A stretch of 64,000 bases of DNA, taken from NCBI GenBank assembly GCA_002104905.1, contig MCFE01000481.1:4284-68283 (forward strand), read 5' to 3'. Position numbers and translations under genes: made by a program. Positions 53,833 through 64,000 of this stretch are shown in pieces. The number at the start of each line of letters is the position of its first letter. The first letter of the stretch is position 1. Origin of the DNA: Basidiobolus meristosporus CBS 931.73 (Eukaryota; Fungi; Basidiobolomycota). Under the pieces are notes generated by a model. It did not search any database. It was given only the letters and a program-made list of their open reading frames with translations, and had not been told where the DNA came from.

Positions 53833-56800
53833 CCCTATGAGTAATTATTGAGATGATCCCATCAAAAGTCTGTCACAAAGTTAATGTCCTGTGACTAAGA
53901 GGTACTGATCATGTTAGGACACCATCTGGAGACCTTTGAAAAATAATTGCACCTCCAGATTTCACAAAAAACTTTGGTCAAAATTTTTCATCACAGCAAT
54001 ATATAAGTGGCTTTTGATTGGTTCCCTGCCAATTTACTAACTTTCTGATCCTGGACACTCTATTGCCTCCTATGTTTGTGTGAACTGACTGGCCATTGGC
54101 TCTTTTTCATATTCCTTACTTCCTGACTCAACTGTTTCTCTTATTTTCATGCATACAAATTGATTTATTTCCATTGAAACTTCAGTTGTACCTCAATTGC
54201 CAATTGTATTGATCTATGCAAGTCTCTATACCCTACACTAACATTGAGCCCAACCCCACACTCAACAAGTAACTCCATTAAAATCCACCACTCAATAAGT
54301 ATTTCTGCTGTAACGCTCTGGTTTCACAACTTTGGCAGGAACCCAACAGCTTTATGCCACTGTTCATTCACTGGTTCCCACACATCCTGGTTTTCAGCCA
54401 GCACTACAAGGTCTAGCACCTCATCTGCCAGTCTTTGCAATAAGCCCCTGAAATATTCCAGTGCATTTTCTTGAGCACTGCTCTTAAAGAAGTGCTGCAA
54501 CCTCTTGGTGTGACTATTAATGCTCCAAGACTCCACTGAGGCATTGTGCTAGTCTTTCAAGCTCTTGACGTTGTAGCCTTGTCTGTCAGTGGGATCTCCA
54601 CTCTGTCAACAATGGAGGCTGTGGATGCTGTGGTAGACAAATTGCCTTTTTCAGCAAACTCATCTACCTTGCTGGAGTGTAGCTTAACTGGCTGCACTTC
54701 CAACTCTTGTGAAAACAGCTGTTTTCCTGTTGGTAATTCTTCTTGGCTATGATGGGATTCAGTCTGTTCCTGGCTTGTGGCATTAATTGGCAAGAACTGC
54801 AGTTTTTTTGCATGCCTCCCTGTCTCAGGCTTGGGTAGACATTTTTTCCTTTACCTTTTCCTCTATCACTGCCAGGTCTTTCACTGCTACTTTGTCTGAG
54901 TGCTTCTTGTAAAGAACTTTGCTCTCTCCTGGATAAATTCTGCTCTGATGCATCTGTTTTGGCCTGCTTGTCCCTTGCTGGCACTCTTCTGGCAACCTGA
55001 CATTTCTTTTCAGCTTACTTTGAGCTCTCACCATAGTTGTGACGGGCTCCTGTAAAAGTGGCTGGTTTTTATCACAGCCAGGTCTATCACTGCTACTTTG
55101 ACTGGGTGCTTGTAGAGTGGTACTACGCTTTTTCCTTGAAAGATATTGTGCTGGTGCATCCAAGTCTGCCTGCTTGTCCTTAATTGGCACTCTTCCAGCT
55201 ACCTGACATCTCTTTGATGCTTGTCTGGAGCTTTTAGCCCTGCTTGTAATGGGCTCTTGAGGAACCCGCTGGTTTTTAGCCATGGCACCATTGTTCTTCT
55301 GCCTTTGATTGTTTCTGCTATTGTTAAGATACTTTCTTAGCATACCAATGCTGGCCCAAAATCTATTTGCCTTTTTGAACCCAGGATAATGCTCATGGAA
55401 CAAGTCAAGCTCATTCTGCTTGGCTTTGAGTTCCTGATGGTCCTATGGTATGCCAGCCTTAAGGTGATGGTGTGCTAGACTTCTGACAGCCTCTTGTATT
55501 TTAGCTCACTCTTCATTATTGCACTTAACTGCTTCACAGATCTTCAGTGTCTTTTGATTTTTAGGCTTTGTTATAAACACCTCATTGTCTCCCTCCCACA
55601 CTGTGATAGGCTTTTCTGTGGGCTTTATCTTTGGGCAGTGTTATTGTGCTTCAAAGACTGTATGGTGTTCCTCTGCTGTTACATTGGGAAATGGCTCAGT
55701 TCTTGGCTGTGACATTGGGCTACTTGAGTTCCTTCTTTGCAGCAAAGATACTGCTTTCTCTACCTGATTATTGATTGCTCTACATGTATTATTTGCTCAT
55801 CCTTTTTCTGGACTACCTCCTGATTTCTCTGGGCCATTCCATCTATCCTATCAGCCACTGCACCTAATTGCTTCATTAATGCTTTGGTATGAGCTGACAA
55901 CATACTTGCTAATATGGGCAGTGGTGATGGTATGATGGCTACTTGCTGATCTTCAACTGAGGGTACTGCATTTGCTACATTCTCATCTGCCTGAGCATAA
56001 CAGTCAGCTTGTGGCTCCACAGAGGTTCTCAGTTACCTACTTGACTAGGAGCCTGAGGAGTCTGTATTATTACCTTCAATGGGCACACTGTCCACAGGGC
56101 CTTTTTTGGATGTAGCCCTGCTTGTTGCACCAAATGTCAAAGCAAGCTGTTGTCCAACTGTTCTTCTGTTGCCATCAGTGGTGGGTTTGGTTGAGAACCA
56201 GACAACTTTGCTTTATTTCTTGGCAGCATATATATGGAAGTGAGTCAAACAAAGGGGAAATAATGTTACATATACGTGTGTATGTGGTGCCACAGCTTCA
56301 TTTATAATGCTTACTATCACAGGTCATCATTGAAACTTACATTCATGTAGGTGCAATGTCTCAAATACAAGACTGTATTAAGTTCAGATCAGTATTGACC
56401 AAAAAGTGATATAATAGTGTTACATTGTTGAAGGTCAAGCTGTTTCCCCCATGGACAAGACTACTTTGACTCAACACCGACAAGAGAAGAGAAAAAACAC
56501 CATGTGGCTATTGTAGCAGGCCTCTCAGCCATGAAGCACACCAACAGCACAGGAAGTATTGTCACAAGTCTTGGTACAAGAGTTGTAGAGGAAAAGGGAG
56601 TTTAGCTAGTATTGTATTCACTAAAACTTGAACTGATTTTTATTGGGTTCCAGCAGCTCCTTATATACATTTTGCCAGATCAATTGCTGACTAATTGTAT
56701 TTCCTAATGTAGGTTGTGGCTGATGACTCATTTGATTGCATCATCATCACCCAATAAGATCCTACTTGATGTATCTATTTCTGTCTGATAAGGATCTGCT

Positions 56801-59800
56801 GATTCATTTGCTGACTAATACTACTGATTTCATAGATAATACTGATATACTGATAACCTAAGCATATACTAATTGATTTGACTAAAACTGATCTAACTTA
56901 AACATTCAAGCGGCAGATCATAACAGTATTACAATGATCAACAGTTGATACTGCTATATTGGCACCTGGCCATCTTTGTCACCTTGCGCAAACTGAGTCA
57001 GGTGAGTTTGTGATGCCTTTAGGCTCACCTCAGCCTTCTGAATATGGCATGCAGAGTGATAGCTCTGATGAAGAAGATTCACTGATGGATTTTGAGCCTA
57101 TCTCCCCTAGCAACAGTACCACATATGAGCCCAGTCAAATCCCTTTATGCAATGAGACAACAACCATTGAAGCAGATGCCAAGGGTACTTTATGGAGCCA
57201 AGTGAGCCCAGTAATCCATCTGCTAGTGAAAGATGTAATATTGTGGCTAGAGAAGTGGTGTGTTTCCACCTAATATCAGAAATGGGGGCTTTGAGGATTT
57301 ATTACTACTTATTGCCAAGATCATACCAGGATGCAACTTACCATGTTCATGGTACAAGTGGACAACCATCATGCAGCAGGCAATATATGATCAAGAGACT
57401 GTCCTGATTCCAGCATGTATTAACAGTTGCATGGCATTCACATCCAAAAATGCTACCATTGCAACATGTCCAAATTGTCAGAAATCCACAACCATTGAGG
57501 GAAAACATTGTTTACACTCCAGATATATTCCAGTCATACCCCATCTGAGGAAGCTGATGCAGCCCAACAGATATTGCAAAGCTATACTGTACCGCATTCA
57601 GTGTCAATCAAGCACAAACATATCCCATATATTTGATGGCAAACATTTTCAAACAGCTAAGAAGCAAGTGCTACTTTGAAGGTACATATGACCATGCCTT
57701 TGCTTTAGCACTTGATGAATTCTCATTAAACAAGTACTCTACCAGCAAATCCTGCCGGCCACTGATTCTCATCAATCTGAATCTGCCGCCCATCTTACAA
57801 TATCAGAGCAATAATCTGATGGTAGTCTCACTGGTATCTGGGTCTAAACCACCATCCAACCTGGATAGCTACCTGTATCTATTGCTGGATGAATTTTGTA
57901 TGCGTTCCAGCAGGATAACAGTAAATGGCCATCATGTAAAAGCACATATTATTATCTGCATTGGTGATACCCCAGCCATCAGCAAGACAGCAGGTTTTTT
58001 GGGGCACAATGGATGGCATTGCTGTCAAATGTGTGAGATCCAGGGGACTTACTCCATAACTCATACACATTATTATTACCCAAACACCAGCACCAAGAAC
58101 ATCATCTTTCCACAGAGAGAGTGTTCAGAAGTAAGCATGCAATGCAGCAAGGTTGGCAAGCTATAAGCCATTAGCCAGAATATGGAATCAATTGGAAACC
58201 AGAGATACTTAAGATAGAGAATGTCTGTTGGAGCAAAAGCTTTCCGCTGGGAGCAATACATTTACTTTTAAGCAACATCCCTATACTGATGACCAAGTTG
58301 TACATGGGGCATTTCAAGCTAAATGAACCCTTTGAGATTCCAGAGAAATTTGAAAAAATTGGCAAGATATTACATAGTATCCGCTACCTTAATATTCATA
58401 CGCATATGTGACAATACAAATGCAAAGACTGGATGAACTGGATATGTATTTGTTCAAGTAGTGTTCTGAAGCCATTCCTACCAAGAGTACATTGGAAGTA
58501 GTGTGAGTCATATGTAGACATTGTAGGAATATTTATCCAGAAGTGGATCACCAATGCCAACTTGATGCATCTACAGTTGTTGTGCAAGGAGTTTGAAATG
58601 GGATTTAAGTGGCTACACTACAAGCATAAAGCTGAATGCATAGATATCTTGCCGCCACTGTATCCATTCTCTACTCCATCTTGAATGGTGTGTGGAGGAA
58701 TATCAGGCCCTGCTTCACCTTTTGGGAGTTTCCTATGGAGCCAATGTGTTGGGAGATAGGGAGATGGTCAAGTTGCAGGTACTACCATATCCCAATCTCA
58801 TCAAGAATATTACCTTCAAGTCCGTCATGGATGTGATGATAGGCACATGGAGGACAGCTAGAACAAGTTGGAAAATACTGAGGACAAATGTGCACATGGA
58901 GACACCTATGCCTATGGCATTAAGTAGCTAAGCAGCCCCAATGCATAGGTAATCAGCTAAGTAATGCAAAGTTGGGTTGTGTGCAACAAGCAACTAATTC
59001 TTATCAGGAAAACTCCACCAAGATATGCCAGATTTCCTGTGGTCACAAGCCAACTTCTACCCCATTCAAAATGGAATTCACACAATCAAATGCCAGAGTG
59101 CACCTATAAGGGGGACTAAATTCTAGCAGGGAGAAGCAATATATTGGCCAAATACCAAGAAGTTCTTTGCCAATATTCAGGAGGTATTCATGGCAGAAGT
59201 GGCAACAACCAAACATATGTTTGCAAGATGTATATGCTACCAGCAGTACAATGTATATGGCAACTTTGCAAGTATCATACTAAAAAGCTGTAAAGTTGAG
59301 GTGATAGAAGTATGTCAATTGCAGCAGGTGTGCGTGTTTGTAGAGGTTAGTAAGCAGGAGGCCAAAGTTTTTTTTGATTCAAACTATATGTGGAATACCC
59401 AAGGTAGTAGTGGGTAAGCAAATAAAGAAAGGTGATTCTACAGGTGAATATATGAACTGCACAAGGGGAGGTAGAAAAAGCAAATACCATTTGGTAAATT
59501 GGTACGGTAGCATTATACAGAACCAGCAGTAGGCTGTCCTACTGCCAAAAAATGCCATCAGAGTCTTGCTGTGTGGCCGTCAAAATACCATCAAGTTACT
59601 TGCCATATAAGGCACTCAGAAGTCCTGGCTGACTGGATCCATTTAAAATAGTAATTGAGTGCTGAAAGACCGCAACAGTACCATGCAAAATTGTCACAGC
59701 ACCCATCAAAAATTGTCAAGTTCTATCCCTTTATTTGGCTGTAAAATTTGCAAAACACTGTCATGATCTTGTTATAAGATTGTCAGGAGGGTCAATAACT

Positions 59801-59893
59801 CCAAGCTGCTGTTATTATGACAGTCTATAAACGGGATCTTGACAGATGATCTGGATCAGATGCACCTGTGGGACTAAACTATATTTCATAGTG
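53833..59893 (+). mobile_element. Complete-ended CACTA/EnSpm-type transposon (about 5.7 kb without the solo LTR): second ORF on minus, tnp2-like transposase on plus, both decayed
   Basis: Left end CCCTATGA, right end TCATAGTG (reverse complement CACTATGA); 3-bp TSD ATT (53830-53832, 59894-59896); transposase motifs IFDG, ALALD, LPPILQY, IGDTPAISKTAGFLGHNG..CCQMCEIQG, FWEFPME. Confidence 0.88.
56560..56925 (-). mobile_element. Solo LTR (366 bp) of the 62556 Ty3 family
   Basis: Reverse complement of 62556..62925; 4-bp TSD GTAT (56556-56559, 56926-56929); empty site GGAAGTATTACAA near 44625. Confidence 0.88.
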
Positions 59894-62555
59894 ATTCTTA
59901 CAAAGTTTGGATCCATTTAAGATATCTGTTGGCACTAACTAGAACTGGGACATTGCTCAACAAGCCATTTTAGCTGAGTACCAAAACGATGCACAGTTTG
60001 TTAGACTAAATGAGCTAGAAATGCCTTACAACAAGCTCCAACCCTCGCAAAAGTATATTCAAAAGTTTGAGTCAAAAGCAAAGCATGTTGAGGCTGCTAT
60101 TGGAACTCCATGATTTTATCAAAGAGGCTAATCTCTGATGAATATGCCTCCTAAGATACATAATGCCATTAGCCACCAAGTTCATGCTACAAGCTCCTAC
60201 AACAATGTTAAACAAATGGTGTTAAACTATCAACCAGGGAGACAAGTCATGGATTCCAATAATACTCAAATAAGGATTTCCACTCCAGTTGAACAAATTG
60301 TTCATTGTACAAATAACTCACAAAGTGATCAGGGTAATGAATTCAATGATGCATTAGGAGAACTGACGCTCAAGTTGGACCCGCAAAGTGTACCATCATC
60401 AAGCATCAACAAGGCAAAACCAGAAAGTCCCAAAGCAACCAGTAATTATCCACAGCAAACCAAATATTGTGTGTACTGATAATCTGCTGCACATAGCCAC
60501 TATGGTTGTCAAGTATTGAATATTGATATTGACAGTCATAAAGTTATGATTGATTGCTATGGGAAGATCTGTGATATTGCTGGAAACCCCTTGCCTATCA
60601 ACAGTGGTTAAAGCAGAATGAGGTCCTATGTACTTGCTCAAGAAGAATCAAGTAAAAGCACCACAACATCAAATTTCATACAAATTCAAAAGACTGCAGA
60701 AATTCCAAACAAAGAACATTTTATACTCACAATATCAGACCCATCAGGGTGGGTCCAAGAATATCAATTGAAAAGAGGAACTTGAAGAATATAACTGCCC
60801 TATTGATAAGAGATAATATTTCTCTACAGAGAACAACCCTAAAAAGGTGTGTACTGACAAAGAAATCAGCCGGTTGTTGAAATATCAGTATGGCAAGAAA
60901 AATCAAAACCCAAAAAGTACACTTGCAATCTCAATCCAAATATGATACTACTGGAAATACATAGAAAGTTATTGAAAAATTCTGGAAATCTTCATTTCCA
61001 CAACTTACAAATCAAGAAATGGACACTGCTATCAACAATCTCAGTCAGCTACTATCAGAAATAGCTAAGCCTATGAACAAGGATATCCTGATGAATTATC
61101 AAGAACAGTCTTCAACAACATTGTCAAGTGAGCAACTACAATTTGAAGTGGAAAAAGCCTTTTACTCAATTACAACAGGGGGCTATGCTGCTACAATCAA
61201 CAATATCAAAGTGGAATGTGTTTTTGATTCCGGATCAGAAATCAATGCCATCACTGCTATGACTATTGAAAAAATCAAATTGTAATTGACAGAAGTTGAC
61301 TGGAATATGAGAGCTGCTACAGGTGTAACTTAGAAGATGCTTTGACCTTGTCACTTTGTACCAATTGAAATTGGAGGAATCAGGGTTACTTCTCCCTTGT
61401 TCATTGTTGTCAATGGACCCACTTTTGAGATATTGTTGGGACAACCATATGAGAGAAAATCTCTTCTACAAGCTGATAATAGACCCGATGGAAGTTTATG
61501 GCTGACAACTTACATCTGACAATTGAAACAGAAGGGCAACCTTTTGTGCAGCAGAAGATAATAATCCAAGAAATGCAGACTGAATTCCAGTACGGAATAT
61601 TCAGGTGCATAAGGTTATTTTGTTTATGATCAACACTTCATTCCATTGACAACAAGTAAGACAAATACCAAGTATAAGCCAGTTGCATTGAAAGCAAAGC
61701 CAGTAATTACTGGGATCTCACCAACTGCCCACAACAGTCCTCAAATGGAGCCTTTGCACAAATATGACAGATCAGACTCACAGAAGAGAAGCTCAAGGAG
61801 CTAGCTATTAAGACTACTCTGACCATTGAGGAGAAAAGTATATTTTTGACTATGCTACAATGCTATGATAATGTCTTTGCATTCAATGATGCACAAAGAG
61901 GATGTTTATCCACAGAGCTATTTCCACTGGTTAAGATCCATACCATTGAACATGCACCATGGGCGCTGAGATTGTATCCTTATTCCCTCAAGATTACTGA
62001 ACAAAGTAATCAAAATGCTACAATCAGATTTCAAAGTGGAGTCATTGAATATAGCTATGGACCTTATTGTAATCCCTGGTTTACATGGTTGAAGAAAAAT
62101 GGAAGTCTATGGCTTATTCAAGATGTACAGCATTTGATTAAGATCACCATCAAAGATGCTTTGCAGCCACCCATACAACATGAGTATATTGAGTCATTGA
62201 ACTGGATATCCTCTGATTACAACATTGGATCTTTATTCAGGTTATGACCAAATACTTCTGAATCCTGACTCAAGAAATCTCACTGCTATGGTTACACCAA
62301 TAGGACCCATAAGGATGACAAGAATTCCTCAAATATGGACTAACTCTGTCCAAAATTATCAACTTGCAATGATTCAAGCTTTGGATGACTGTTTCCCTAA
62401 AATATGCCAACCATTTCTTGATGATATTGCAGTTAAGAATAAGTCCATAGAAAAAGATACAACACATGTCTTACCTCAAGTAAGAAGATATGTTAATGAT
62501 CACATATACACTGTGGAAAGGGTCATGAAGAAACCTCTAACTTCTGGTTTGAATG

Positions 62556-64000
62556 TGTTATGATCTGCCGCTTGAATGTTTAAGTTAGATCAGTTTTTAG
62601 TCAAATCAATTAGTATATGTTTAGATTATCAGTATATCAGTATTATCTATGAAATCAGTAGCATTTAGTCAGCAAATGAATCAGCAGATCCTTATCAGAC
62701 AGAAATAGATATATTAAGTAGGATCTCATTGGGTGATGATGATGCTATTCAGATGAGTCATCAGCCACAACCTACATTAGGAAATACAATTAGTCAGCAA
62801 TTGATCTGGCAAAATGTATATAAGGAGCTGCTGGAACCTCAATAAAAATCAGTTCAAGTTTTAGTGAATACAATACTAGCTAAACTCCCTATTCCTCTAC
62901 AACTCTTATACCAAGACTTGTAACATTGGTAGCAGCAATAACCAGAAACCTCCCTGCTGAAGAAAGAAGAAACTACCCTCAAGATGTCGGACAATCAAGA
63001 ATGGAAGAATGCCATGCTGCAAATCCTGGCCCAACAGCAACAGTTACTCCAGATCCTCAGCCAACAGCCACATGGAATGACTACCATGGCTCAGAGCCAG
63101 CAAAGCCCTGTCAAGAGCAACTTTAGTGTGAAGGTCAACCGGTACCATAGCAGAGTCAATGAAAACCTGGGAACTTGGCTCTTTCAGATTGAAGATGCTT
63201 TTAAAGCTGAAGGAATTGCTCCAGAGAGCAGAGTTGCATTATGCTGCTTCTTACCTGGCAGATGCAGCTTTACAGTGGTACCACAACAAGATCAGGTCAG
63301 CTACTATGAAGGGATGCTCTACAATCTCTACCTGGGATGAGTTTGTGTCGGAAATTCAGGATGCTTTTAAACCTCCATACCAGCAGACACTACTAAGAAG
63401 GAAGTTAAAGACACTCAGACAGAAAGGAATGGTACAAGAGTGCATCTATGAGTACAGATGTCTACTTGGACAATTGAAAGAATGGACCCCTTGGATCAAG
63501 TTGAATACTTTGTTGATGGGTTGAAAGAAAGAACTCGCAAGGGAGTCAATTACCAAAGACCTCAGACTATTGAAGAAGCCATCAAGATTGCCATTGACTA
63601 TGACTCAGCTATGTTTGGAGTTGGGAAGCCTACAGTGACTAATCAGAAAGGCTATAATCATTATGAAAGAAGACAATCAGAAGCAGTACCAATGGAAATA
63701 GACGCTATGCAGAAGAATCCCTCCTCAGAAGAATGCAAGAAGAGAGGACTTTGGTTCAATTGCCACCAGCAGGGGCATTTTGCAAAGTACTGCCCTCAGA
63801 GAAGAAATGGACACCAGCCAACATGAACCTTCAACCATATTGAGTCCCATGAACACAGTAATGTGGAAGATGAGCTTGAAGAAGACTTGGAACTCACCTT
63901 CCATATGACAGAAGAGTACTTGTCCCAAATGACTTCAAACTCAGGGAAGTTATTGTACTTGAATGGAGTAATCAATGGAGTACCTGTCAAGATCATGATT
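62556..64000 (+). mobile_element. Ty3/Gypsy element: 5' LTR (62556..62925), PBS, gag with zinc knuckle, start of protease; runs off the window
   Basis: TGTTATG...GTAACA LTR; PBS TGGTAGCAGC (initiator-Met-like); gag ADAALQWY, LKTLRQKG, VPMEIDA, NCHQQGHFAKYC; frameshifts present. Confidence 0.88.

Larger units (their letters stand above)
53600..62555 (+). mobile_element. Degenerate Gypsy element (gag, protease, RT), split by the CACTA insertion and cut off by the LTR at 62556
   Basis: gag TFSAKNVTEFLQEY...VEVLR|FLQSLDPFK reads in frame across the CACTA site; protease VFDSGSEINAI; RT NPWF..LKKNGSL, DLYSGYDQI, PFLDDIAV. Confidence 0.8.

Noticed and set aside
36960-56100. Idea that the CACTA family forms head-to-tail multimers or circles, because transposase ends abut second-ORF ends
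   Set aside because: True termini (CCCTATGA) lie at those junctions and one copy has both ends plus an ATT TSD; nested insertion explains it.
22100-64000. Classical ascomycete RIP (CpA to TpA) as the main mutational force
   Set aside because: CpA/TpG are plentiful while CpG is what is missing; a few CpA-context changes exist but do not dominate by eye.

Overview
Eukaryotic, almost certainly fungal DNA (short GT-AG introns, fungal-type genes; probably an early-diverging fungus, which is inference). The window has two sharply different halves. From 1 to about 22.0 kb it is gene-dense and CpG-rich: thaumatin-like protein, tRNA-Thr(CGT), RPL8, a UBE3C/Hul5-like HECT ligase, a DUF3605 protein, calmodulin, branched-chain ketoacid dehydrogenase E2 (with a 1-nt frameshift), an Msc2/ZnT5-like zinc transporter and a Hir3/Cabin1 homolog. 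From about 22.1 kb to the end it is a CpG-purged nest of transposons: several CACTA-type elements, one Copia, several Gypsy elements and solo LTRs. The strongest signals are (i) a two-gene PIF/Harbinger-ISL2EU-type (PHIS) element with 10-bp TIRs, an ACT target duplication, an intact transposase ORF with no CpG at all, a CpG-rich partner ORF of unknown function, and a matching MITE; (ii) a Gypsy LTR family whose insertion sites are centred on the rare CpG (NCGG), including two insertions at the same ACGG site; and (iii) a flanking-context bias among surviving CpGs. All boundaries and counts were read by eye; no database searches were run.
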